The notes beneath the pieces were generated by a model. That model searched no databases. It was not told where the DNA came from and worked only from the letters and a program-made list of their open reading frames with translations. From positions 1-63,733 of IMG/VR virus record IMGVR_UViG_3300018083_000029: a stretch of 63,733 nucleotides of DNA; one strand, written 5' to 3'. Position numbers and translations under genes: made by a program. This document shows positions 36,198-44,146 of this stretch, one piece after another (the first letter of the stretch is position 1; each line of letters opens with the position of its first letter). This DNA is from a virus. Its lineage: Duplodnaviria > Caudoviricetes.

Positions 36198-36478
36198 TTA
36201 TCCGTATTTGCCTTTGGAGTTTGCTCAGATTGTAACTGTTGTACAAGCCTAAACATTTCTTGTGAGAGTTTCAGAAACTCTTCATTCGGAAGAATGATCG
36301 TAGTTCTAGCTTTCTCTTGATAGAGCGGATCATCTTCTTTGAATAACTGCTCACAAAAAGCTATGCGCACAGCTCCCGGCATAGAAGTGAAGTAAAATTT
36401 ATTACTATAGATCGCGGGCTGATCTATAGCTATTTTAATCATTTCCTTGGTGATTTGGTATGGCTTAGGCTCAGTCAT
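36194..36478 (-). CDS. Hypothetical protein
   Basis: AAGGAG RBS before ATG 36478; 94 aa. Confidence 0.6.
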   Translation of the reverse strand: MTEPKPYQITKEMIKIAIDQPAIYSNKFYFTSMPGAVRIAFCEQLFKEDDPLYQEKARTTIILPNEEFLKLSQEMFRLVQQLQSEQTPKANTDK

Positions 36479-36806
36479 TGTTCGGCTCCTTATATTTATA
36501 GGCTCCATGAACTTCTGAAGGCGGTTGAGGCTTCACTGCTACATCTTCCGGCAGAGAGATTCTCTGGGGTTTAAATATAGCTCTATTCATGGCCATAAAG
36601 CCCTGTTGAAAGTGTGTCCTGGCAATGGCTAGCCAACGATGATCTAAGTATGCCTCGTTGATTTTATTCCATTCGTCTACTGCGCGCAGTAATCTTTCCT
36701 CGCGTTCTTTATTGGCGTCAACAAGCTCTTGAGTTACAGGCTTAACGTCTTTATACCCAAAGATAGGTGGCGCTTTGAATCCACCTTGTTCCTTTGCGTC
36801 AGTCAT
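36471..36806 (-). CDS. acb2: Acb2-like anti-CBASS cyclic-nucleotide sponge
   Basis: IFGYKD...N.K..E...RWLAIARTHFQQGFMAMNRAIFKP parallels Acb2 (IKGYRD...[24 protein letters not shown], recalled); AAGGAG RBS before ATG 36806. Confidence 0.7.
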   Translation of the reverse strand: MTDAKEQGGFKAPPIFGYKDVKPVTQELVDANKEREERLLRAVDEWNKINEAYLDHRWLAIARTHFQQGFMAMNRAIFKPQRISLPEDVAVKPQPPSEVHGAYKYKEPNND

Positions 36807-37815
36807 AGTACATATCTCCTTTGAGTGGTGTTCCTGCTTTGATGTTAGTCTTCGCAACCCTTCCAAGCACGTTCTTGTATTTGTAGGGCTCCATACCATA
36901 GCTAGGTCTTATGCTCCTTATGTTCTCTGGGGTTAACATTTCTCCTTCTTTGATATCTTTCACCACATAGAGTGACCTTCTAAACTGGCGAGAATCTTTC
37001 TCGGTGTCGTAGGGTGTTTTCTGGCCAGCGCTCCAAGCAGCTAGGCCCATCTTTTTGTAGTGCTCAAATTCCTCTGGGTATAAAGAGAACTCTTGATCTT
37101 CACTAGTCACTCCTAATGTGTCATTTTGAAAGTGCTTCTCGATTATCTTGGCGCCTTTGGCTACTGCGCCCAACATAGCTCCCATATCGTCGCAATGGTC
37201 TGAGAAGCCCACAACTATAGGATAGAAACCCTTTAAGAAATCTATTTTCCATAAATTAGCTTCATCTAAAGGATGTGGATATTTACTGACACAGTGCATT
37301 AAGCAAGAATTAGCTGGGTTAATAATAGATATAGCTCTATTTATCTCTTCTGGGGTGGCCGTGCCCGTAGAGAGTAATAACGGTTTACCCGTTTTAACTA
37401 CTTTGGTTATTAGCTCTGTATCGTTAAACTCAAAGCTAGCTATTTTGTAAGCTGGACAATGATTATATTCTAATCTTTGTAGACCATCCTCGCCAAATAC
37501 AGAAGCGAATAGGTTTATTTGATTAGTCTCGGCAAAGTCAAATAAGCTTTCCATCCAATCAAGAGGCGTTTGTGTCTTATAGTAGAGAGCATATAAATCT
37601 CTACCATCCCATGGGCCTCCTTTGGCTAGAAATCCATTGTTAGTTGTCATTTCATCGGGTGTGTAGCACTGTATTTTCACAGCGTCGGCGCCAGCCAGCT
37701 TAGCGGCTAACATAGTATCTTTGGCTCGCTCCAGTGAACCGCCATGGTTGCAGCTTATCTCGGCTACAAACAACGGGGGAGATTTTGGGGTTATTTCCTT
37801 GCCAAAGAGGTTCAC
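36799..37815 (-). CDS. pseI: Pseudaminic acid synthase (NeuB family)
   Basis: VAEISCNHGGSLERA, GADAVKIQCY, YKIASFE, LSTG, MHCVSKYP, VGFSDH, IEKHF, FRRSLYVVKDI and SAF domain RSIRP; GTG 37815 chosen. Confidence 0.92.
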   Translation of the reverse strand: MNLFGKEITPKSPPLFVAEISCNHGGSLERAKDTMLAAKLAGADAVKIQCYTPDEMTTNNGFLAKGGPWDGRDLYALYYKTQTPLDWMESLFDFAETNQINLFASVFGEDGLQRLEYNHCPAYKIASFEFNDTELITKVVKTGKPLLLSTGTATPEEINRAISIINPANSCLMHCVSKYPHPLDEANLWKIDFLKGFYPIVVGFSDHCDDMGAMLGAVAKGAKIIEKHFQNDTLGVTSEDQEFSLYPEEFEHYKKMGLAAWSAGQKTPYDTEKDSRQFRRSLYVVKDIKEGEMLTPENIRSIRPSYGMEPYKYKNVLGRVAKTNIKAGTPLKGDMYYD

Positions 37816-38051
37816 GGTAGTCTCTCCCACTGACAGCCAAATAGTAAATATTGCATCTTGCGCCAGAACCAATTGGGTACTTTTTGATCTTCTGTAAATT
37901 GTATGTAATAATTATCCCCCATGCCGAATAGCTTACACTTCCAAACGTATTTGGGCTGTGCAATAGAAACAAAGTCACCAGTCACAGGCGCATCTATTAA
38001 TTTAAATGTATTTTCTACTTCTGGAAATGTTACATCTTTATCTTCAGTCAT
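37812..38051 (-). CDS. Hypothetical protein
   Basis: 79 aa, coupled to both neighbours by 4-nt overlaps. Confidence 0.6.
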   Translation of the reverse strand: MTEDKDVTFPEVENTFKLIDAPVTGDFVSIAQPKYVWKCKLFGMGDNYYIQFTEDQKVPNWFWRKMQYLLFGCQWERLP

Positions 38052-38731
38052 TTGAATATCTCCAGCTTGCTCAAATCAGGATAATCATCGTTGGGAAGGT
38101 CTGGGTTATGTTTCTTCAGATAATATAACCTAGTTAAGCCCTCGGCGGCAATCTCCGGGCTCATATACATATGCCAGCCAAGCTCTTGTATGGGGTCATT
38201 CTTTGGCGCTATGCCTTCTGTGCGGCCATCGAAGCGTGCGCGCCTCGCCCAAATGTCAAAATGTGGATCGTTATGCAGAATTGCTCCGCCTTGCTGTATA
38301 CCTAGAATTTTAGACCAATGGAAAGAGACACATTCATATGTGAATGAATTACCAAATCTAGCTTTATTTCTCGCGAGCTTATATTGATCCCATGTAAATC
38401 TTCTGGCACTATCAAATACCTCAAAAGGTTTTAATTGATATGAGCCGATCCAATCTTCGTCCCTGAATAGTACATCAAAACCAGCGTGCTTTATTTGCAT
38501 GGGCACACTTAAATATGTGTATTTAGGTATTTCTACAGCGGTAGTTATTTGGTTGTAGTTCTTATTAAACTTAGATGGTTGCTCTATACCTATTCTACGC
38601 TCGTTATATTGGTATTTTAAGGCAAGAAAGAGAGCGTTGGTGCAACTGTTGACTGCCACACAATACGGTGCGCCTGTATACTCACTGACGGCAGACTCAA
38701 ATTTTCTGACAATCTCGAACGGATTTTCCAT
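38048..38731 (-). CDS. DegT/DnrJ/EryC1/StrS PLP aminotransferase, short form (PseC-like role)
   Basis: FESAVSEYTGAPYCVAVNSCTNALFLAL, DSA, SFHWSK (PLP lysine), GGAIL; only 227 aa. Confidence 0.8.
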   Translation of the reverse strand: MENPFEIVRKFESAVSEYTGAPYCVAVNSCTNALFLALKYQYNERRIGIEQPSKFNKNYNQITTAVEIPKYTYLSVPMQIKHAGFDVLFRDEDWIGSYQLKPFEVFDSARRFTWDQYKLARNKARFGNSFTYECVSFHWSKILGIQQGGAILHNDPHFDIWARRARFDGRTEGIAPKNDPIQELGWHMYMSPEIAAEGLTRLYYLKKHNPDLPNDDYPDLSKLEIFK

Positions 38732-38940
38732 TGCTGTTTCCAGTACCTTTGAATCTCTCTTGTCTTGTTGTGTGTTGTGTGCTTTCGGAGATTAACTCCC
38801 GGATTCTTCATCCTGTGTACGTCTGGATGATTTGGCCATTTGTACGTTATATAGTTGGCTGATTGGTTTCTTCTTAGGACGGCCATCGGTTGCCCTCGGT
38901 TTATAGGTGTTATTGACTAGTTTGGCTCGGGGTCTGAGTT

Positions 38941-39153
38941 TTACTTTACGAGACATAGTGTTTTATACTCACCAATTATAACAACGCCACCACCTTTGGC
39001 TAAGCATTCAGCTCTATATTTGTATTCGTTCTGCCACCATATATCATTATAGTAGTGAGTTAGACCTATTAGTGTAATTAACACTAATAATACACTCACT
39101 ATTCCTATTATACATTCCCAACATTGGTGTGCCATAAGTGGTATATCCTTCAC
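38941..39153 (-). CDS. Small membrane protein
   Basis: GTGA overlap with the pseB stop; one strong TM helix. Confidence 0.5.
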   Translation of the reverse strand: MKDIPLMAHQCWECIIGIVSVLLVLITLIGLTHYYNDIWWQNEYKYRAECLAKGGGVVIIGEYKTLCLVK

Positions 39154-40076
39154 AGGTAGCCCATTTCCTTTAGTTCTGTCTTTATGTCCTTTACACTCAT
39201 CCACACGTTGTTCTCCCCACTGGACTTCGGCAGGGTCGAGATGTTGTATTTCTCGCATTCGTCCTCCGTAAAGAGGTTTTCGTGTATTTTCTCGCCTGGA
39301 CGTATGCCTGAGAATTGATACATATGCCCAAAGGCTTTAGCTAGCTCTAACACTCTAAAGCTTGGCATATTGGGGATAAATAACTCATTTCCTTGCATCT
39401 TATTAAGACTATTGAATGTGAACTCCACAGCTTCTTCTAGGCGCAACCAAAACCTAGTCATAGCTATATCGGTTATTTGCAATGGCTCGCCTTCTTTCTT
39501 TAATCGCGCAAATAAAGGAATAACAGAACCATTAGAACCGCACACATTACCATACCGGACAACGCTAAATTTAGGGCCATATTCGCCTCGGATATTGTTA
39601 GCGGCAAAGAACATTTTTTCCATACAGAGCTTAGTTGCACCATACAAATTAATAGGCATAACAGCTTTGTCGGTTGATAGCGCTATAACTTTGGGCCAGC
39701 CCGATGGCGCTATTGGACTATTCAAGCAACAGTCTATTAAATTCTGTGAGCCTAACACATTGGTTTTAATATACTCAAACGGTGAATATTCAGCGCTGGG
39801 GACTATCTTTAGCGCGGCAGCATGAATAATATGTGTTGCGTCATTGACTGCCATCTGTAACCTGTCTTTGTCCCGCACATCACCAAGCCAGAACCTTAGT
39901 CTAGAATCGTTAAATTTGTGTTGCATAAGCTCCTGTTTGTGCTCATCACGGGAGTATATACATATCTTGTCGTAAAAATATTTATGGCCATATTTTTCTA
40001 CAGTCTTATTTTTTAATAGGTATTCTACAGCCCCGTGACCAAATGATCCTGTGCCGCCTAATATTAATATATTCAT
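39150..40076 (-). CDS. pseB: UDP-GlcNAc 4,6-dehydratase (inverting), PseB-like
   Basis: ILGGTGSFG, YSRDEHKQ, GDVRD, HAAALKIVP.AEY.PFE, LSTDKA..PINLYGATK, VRYGNV.GS.GSVIP, MTRFW, GIRPGEKIHE. Confidence 0.92.
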   Translation of the reverse strand: MNILILGGTGSFGHGAVEYLLKNKTVEKYGHKYFYDKICIYSRDEHKQELMQHKFNDSRLRFWLGDVRDKDRLQMAVNDATHIIHAAALKIVPSAEYSPFEYIKTNVLGSQNLIDCCLNSPIAPSGWPKVIALSTDKAVMPINLYGATKLCMEKMFFAANNIRGEYGPKFSVVRYGNVCGSNGSVIPLFARLKKEGEPLQITDIAMTRFWLRLEEAVEFTFNSLNKMQGNELFIPNMPSFRVLELAKAFGHMYQFSGIRPGEKIHENLFTEDECEKYNISTLPKSSGENNVWMSVKDIKTELKEMGYL

Positions 40077-40246
40077 CTTTCTAATTTCCCAAAATTATTA
40101 ATTGCTTCTTGCATAGTCATCCACATTATTTTCATTCTTTCTATAAACATTTCTTTAGTTTCTAGTTTTGTATCCATAGATACAGACAGAGAGAATACTT
40201 CTTTAAATTCTTTGTCTCTGTGTATCCATCTAATTTCTTCTATCAT
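40073..40246 (-). CDS. Small hypothetical protein (57 aa, not in ORF track)
   Basis: MIEEIRWIHRDKEF...KLER stop; ATGA overlaps with both neighbours. Confidence 0.5.
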   Translation of the reverse strand: MIEEIRWIHRDKEFKEVFSLSVSMDTKLETKEMFIERMKIMWMTMQEAINNFGKLER

Positions 40247-40503
40247 TTTTTAACTTTCTTCATTAACTCACTTATTGTTTCTTCTACGTTGTCGCTTAAC
40301 TCTATTTCCCCGCTTTCCTCTTTGAACCAATTGGATGCGGGCACTGCACCGCCTGTTATGCGCTCTATTCTTTTAGCCATGCGCCAACCCGGTGTCGCTT
40401 TGCCATTGGCAAGCATCCAGGGATAGCTATCGGAACAGGGCACAAGCTTCGCAAAAGCCTCGCTGGTGAGGCCATGGCTCTGTAGGTACTCCCGCAGCGT
40501 CAT
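40243..40503 (-). CDS. Cro/XRE-like HTH transcriptional regulator
   Basis: MTLREYL...LT...FAKLV...LANGKATPG..MAKRIERITGGAV. Confidence 0.8.
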   Translation of the reverse strand: MTLREYLQSHGLTSEAFAKLVPCSDSYPWMLANGKATPGWRMAKRIERITGGAVPASNWFKEESGEIELSDNVEETISELMKKVKK

Positions 40504-40625
40504 GGCTCTAGACCTCGCTGGGCGAGCTTCCTAGACGCGTCTAGGGCATGTCTGGCAGGCATGTGGCGGGGCTCCCCAATCCGAGCGCGCTTGCGGAGCT
40601 TAAGCTAAAAGGTTTTATATGAAAG

Positions 40626-40868
40626 TCAAGCGGGTAGTTGTTCAAGCAGAGCAGTCAAATAGTGTCCGCTTTGATAGTGCTTAATAAAATCTAATTGAGT
40701 GTAGTAGCCAAACAGGTCTAGTTTCTTTAGCTCTTTTAGTTCACAACTGAATTTAGCCGAGCGATAATAAGATTTATAGTGCCCCAGCATATGGTTAGCG
40801 CTGTTAGAGCTGATAGCGCTCCCCACATAGTATTTATTGTTTTTGTAGGACGCAAATATGTGGTACAT
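40626..40868 (-). CDS. Hypothetical protein
   Basis: AGGAGG RBS, 80 aa. Confidence 0.6.
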   Translation of the reverse strand: MYHIFASYKNNKYYVGSAISSNSANHMLGHYKSYYRSAKFSCELKELKKLDLFGYYTQLDFIKHYQSGHYLTALLEQLPA

Positions 40869-40881
40869 GCAACCCTCCTGT

Positions 40882-41083
40882 TAAAAAGATGCCCGCCACA
40901 CCTGGGGAGACTTTGCCGAAGGTCCACAGTGTAGCGGGCAAAAGTGCCCGCAGGTATCGGGGGGGACACCTGCGGGCCAGCTAACAGAGCAACGCGGGGG
41001 CTGATACTCTGCTAGCCTTTCAATCGGCGGCGACTTGCGGAGAACACCGCCGATCTAGTGACCTTAACCCAAGAGGGTTAAGG
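40882..41083 (-). ncRNA. Five-hairpin structured RNA ending in a terminator
   Basis: Five adjacent stems; A-C mismatches on + become G-U pairs on -; C-rich loops; last stem followed by ATCTTTTT. Confidence 0.55.
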
Positions 41084-41097
41084 AATTGTGTCTAGAA

Positions 41098-41769
41098 CTA
41101 GAACAGGTCGGCAAAGCTGTCTGTCACGGGCGCGTCTTTGGCATCCTTTGCCACTGCCTTGGCCGCTTGCTTCTGGACCATCAACTTGTACTCTGCCTCG
41201 GCTACGCTGAATACCGGATCGGCTGCAAGCTGTTCCTTGATCCACTGCCTACGCGGTGCAGGCTCCATTGCCTCAAGCTTGGTCTGGAAACGCTGTGACG
41301 CAACGTCGGTCCAAGGCGCGATCTTGGGGTTGCCCTTACGCTTGGAATTGTATGCAGACTGCCAAACCCAAACCCATTTCTCGAAATCGAAGGAGCGACC
41401 GGGGCCACCTTTGCCCTCGCCACGCGAACTAAACTTGCCAGCAAGGATATTGACGAACAACTCATCGCTGGAAAGCGTAATGCTAGCTGCTGGGTCTGCC
41501 TTGTAGGAATTACGCGCGCCAATGTCGAAACGCTTGCCGATACCCTGAGCCGCATGCATCAACAGCATGAGCGGAGGAACTTTGTCCATCGGATAATCTT
41601 TGGCCTTGTTGCCAATCCGATCAAGCACGCGAACAAACTTTACGTCATCCGGTACGCGGTCGTGTGCCTCGCCGTTGGCGCCTACATAACTGATCTTCAC
41701 CGGCCCCTCGGCGCGCTTCTTATCGTCGTCGGCGGCGCCGTTAGTCTTGGGTGCTGCTTGAACTGCCAT
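41098..41769 (-). CDS. Hypothetical Ala/Lys-rich early protein
   Basis: AAAGGA RBS, 223 aa, GC-rich codons. Confidence 0.75.
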   Translation of the reverse strand: MAVQAAPKTNGAADDDKKRAEGPVKISYVGANGEAHDRVPDDVKFVRVLDRIGNKAKDYPMDKVPPLMLLMHAAQGIGKRFDIGARNSYKADPAASITLSSDELFVNILAGKFSSRGEGKGGPGRSFDFEKWVWVWQSAYNSKRKGNPKIAPWTDVASQRFQTKLEAMEPAPRRQWIKEQLAADPVFSVAEAEYKLMVQKQAAKAVAKDAKDAPVTDSFADLF

Positions 41770-41849
41770 TGTGTGATGTCCTTTGCTTTAGAGCATGATT
41801 GCCCTACAGAGATAGAACCATAATCCTGTAGGGCAGTCAAGCGCTCCAC

Positions 41850-42341
41850 TCAATATTTCTTGGTGCGAAGCTCTTTTATGTCGTCGTGCTCTGCAAGCAT
41901 GTCCACAACCCTGGATAGAGAGCACACGGGTCTGTGCGGGTTGCGCTCGTCAACCAAGAAAAAAGGCAAGTAGTGCATGCACAAATAATACTCAATAGAG
42001 TGTTTAATATATTCTTCGCGGGTGATGTCTCTCTGTACTTTGGTTAGCAAAGGCTTAGCAGACACTGCGCCCGGTATTTGTTTGGTTTCTGCTACACCGT
42101 CCACAGTGTAAGCTATACCCTTTTCTTGGCGCATGAATTGAAACTTGGGCAACTCATGCGAGTTCAGGTAATAGCGCAAATTCCCGAGCTTATTAACCGT
42201 GCCTGCGGTCATTCTGTTCATAAAGTCCTGTTCTGGACTCTGTTCTTTCTTGGGCGCAAGCCTAACAGGACCAAACGCCTGCGCCAAGAATGCGTCAATG
42301 TCATCGTCGGGAGCTTGTGTCTCTGTAGGGTCGCCGGTCAT
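41850..42341 (-). CDS. Hypothetical protein
   Basis: GGAG RBS, 163 aa. Confidence 0.65.
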   Translation of the reverse strand: MTGDPTETQAPDDDIDAFLAQAFGPVRLAPKKEQSPEQDFMNRMTAGTVNKLGNLRYYLNSHELPKFQFMRQEKGIAYTVDGVAETKQIPGAVSAKPLLTKVQRDITREEYIKHSIEYYLCMHYLPFFLVDERNPHRPVCSLSRVVDMLAEHDDIKELRTKKY

Positions 42342-42346
42342 TGTTT

Positions 42347-42709
42347 TTACTCCAGCCCTATGATCTTGCCATCTTTGAGCTTGAGCGCAGATGGTCCTTT
42401 GCGCATCATATCAATCATGAGCGCAAGCTGCTTATCGTCGGGTTTAGTTTCAACCCAACTGTTTAACTTGTCTTGCAGAAAGCTATCCAATGTAGCTTCA
42501 AGCACGTTGCAAGCGGCTTGTGAGCGTCCCATGAATTGATTGACGGTGTTAGCGTTGTTCCAGGTGACTTGATGGATCATCTCTAGCAGCGCTGCTATTG
42601 CGATTATGCCCGGTATGCGCTGAGACTCCATCACCTCATGCAAGAGTTCCACTGTACTCTCTACATGTGCTTTCTCTGTGTCTGTGGGTTTTCTGGCCCT
42701 GATGGTCAT
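42347..42709 (-). CDS. Hypothetical protein
   Basis: GGAGG RBS before ATG 42709. Confidence 0.65.
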   Translation of the reverse strand: MTIRARKPTDTEKAHVESTVELLHEVMESQRIPGIIAIAALLEMIHQVTWNNANTVNQFMGRSQAACNVLEATLDSFLQDKLNSWVETKPDDKQLALMIDMMRKGPSALKLKDGKIIGLE

Positions 42710-42747
42710 AGCTTTGCCCTCCAAACAGCCTTGGTGCTGCCGTCACT

Positions 42748-42855
42748 ATTGGAGCACACTATTGGCCCAATGTCAAGGTATTATATACAACTCGGGGGAT
42801 CGGTCTAGGCACGAGTTGTATATACGATTAGGGAGCTGGATAGATGTATATACAC
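42748..42855 (-). promoter_or_regulatory. Leftward promoter (-35 TTGACA at 42771..42776) with adjacent GTATATAC-core operator-like sites
   Basis: 13-bp inverted repeat TATATACAACTCG...CGAGTTGTATATA next to the -35 box; third copy near 42845; the -10 box is weak. Confidence 0.5.
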
Positions 42856-42912
42856 TCTATGTGATTAAAAAAATAATTAATAAAGTATTAATTACAGAAT
42901 ATAATTTATTAT

Positions 42913-43101
42913 TTACTGTTTATTAACCCATTTAATCTGCTTAGCGATCCAATCTGCAACATATTTTGGCTCTAAATGAATTTCCATTATATGCAACGTT
43001 TCGCCTGTATAATGATGTGTAAACTCCAAACGCACAAACATGTGACCGGGCAAGTCACTAGAATTGATAACCCGCGCCCTAAGCTCGAATTGCGTCATCA
43101 C
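42913..43101 (-). CDS. Hypothetical protein
   Basis: GAGGAG RBS, overlaps upstream stop. Confidence 0.55.
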   Translation of the reverse strand: MMTQFELRARVINSSDLPGHMFVRLEFTHHYTGETLHIMEIHLEPKYVADWIAKQIKWVNKQ

Positions 43102-43292
43102 ACGTTCTCCTCGGGCCTCAAGTCAAGCTGCACAGCTAATATTTTGGCCTCGATGATCTGGGCAGGCAACCAATCAACGCAATCCAAATCAGGGATTGTA
43201 CCCTCGCGCGTGTCACGATAGTTGCGCAACGCGTCATTGATAATCTCAAGCTCACTGTCGGTGAACTGGAGTGTGAGTGTATCAGTCATCAC
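43098..43292 (-). CDS. Hypothetical acidic protein
   Basis: AGGAG RBS, overlaps upstream stop. Confidence 0.55.
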   Translation of the reverse strand: MMTDTLTLQFTDSELEIINDALRNYRDTREGTIPDLDCVDWLPAQIIEAKILAVQLDLRPEENV

Positions 43293-44122
43293 ACGTTCTC
43301 CTGATGGTTTGAGTGCTTCACAATCATCTGGTTAACCCACGCAACAGGATCACTGAGCATAAGCTTGTCACTACGATGCGCGCCACGAATGAAAACATCG
43401 TTAGGCGATATGTCAAGCAACTCGCGAAACTTAGCCTCGCTTTCATCGGATTGAGGCTGACAATCGAATGCGAAGGGGCCGCCATCGCGCGCCGTTCGTT
43501 GTGCCTTGTGATACACGTCGCAGGTGCGCAACGCTCTGGTGAACCCTAGATCAGTCAACATATATGTGGCGCGCCCTAGGTCCATTGGGCGCGAGGCTAC
43601 TTTGACAACAGAGCCATACACTCCCGGATTGTACTCGTTGCCGCGAATATTGAGAACGTACAGGTCAACCGGGCGCACACGCTCCATTGCCAGCACAAAG
43701 GCAAGAACAGCAACACCGCGATTGATAATCTCTGGCGCCTTAAGGTCCGCATGAACAGAAGTATTCACATACACAGTTAGCGGCGAGGTGAGAGAAGGCG
43801 ACTCGACATAGCCGCGATTGAACATACTTTCGGGGTGCCCAGCGAGAACAGCAGGAACGTTCGGCACAAAACCTACAACCGACGGAACAAGAACAGGAAC
43901 GTCGATTGAGAACACGTTAGACGTTTCCATGTTGTCAATGATGCGCTCGACACGGGCCAGATTGCTCGTATCGCCTTCAACAAGCTTGGTGATATTGGCC
44001 TCAACAGAACCGCCAAAGAAAGAGGGTTCTTGGCGCTGTTCACGTTTATACTGCGAAGGAATAGCGGCCAAATGGGCCGCGTAGTCCTCGGGCGCTTCAA
44101 AGTGAGAGATTACCGTAGGCAT
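43289..44122 (-). CDS. Putative VWA-like partner of the MoxR-type ATPase
   Basis: VVGFVPNVPAVLAGHPESM and INRGVAVLAFV motifs; directly downstream of the AAA+ gene. Confidence 0.6.
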   Translation of the reverse strand: MPTVISHFEAPEDYAAHLAAIPSQYKREQRQEPSFFGGSVEANITKLVEGDTSNLARVERIIDNMETSNVFSIDVPVLVPSVVGFVPNVPAVLAGHPESMFNRGYVESPSLTSPLTVYVNTSVHADLKAPEIINRGVAVLAFVLAMERVRPVDLYVLNIRGNEYNPGVYGSVVKVASRPMDLGRATYMLTDLGFTRALRTCDVYHKAQRTARDGGPFAFDCQPQSDESEAKFRELLDISPNDVFIRGAHRSDKLMLSDPVAWVNQMIVKHSNHQENV

Positions 44123-44146
44123 GGCGCGTGCTCCAGCTTGATTGAG

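Noticed and set aside
38617-38886. 89-aa - strand ORF upstream of the aminotransferase
   Set aside because: It overlaps the aminotransferase by 115 nt and has no recognisable motif; a real short gene is possible but unsupported.
41791-41847. 14-bp inverted repeat TGATTGCCCTACAG/CTGTAGGGCAGTCA upstream of ORF 41769 as a terminator
   Set aside because: Large loop and no U-tract on the coding strand; it may be a processing stem, but there is no further support.
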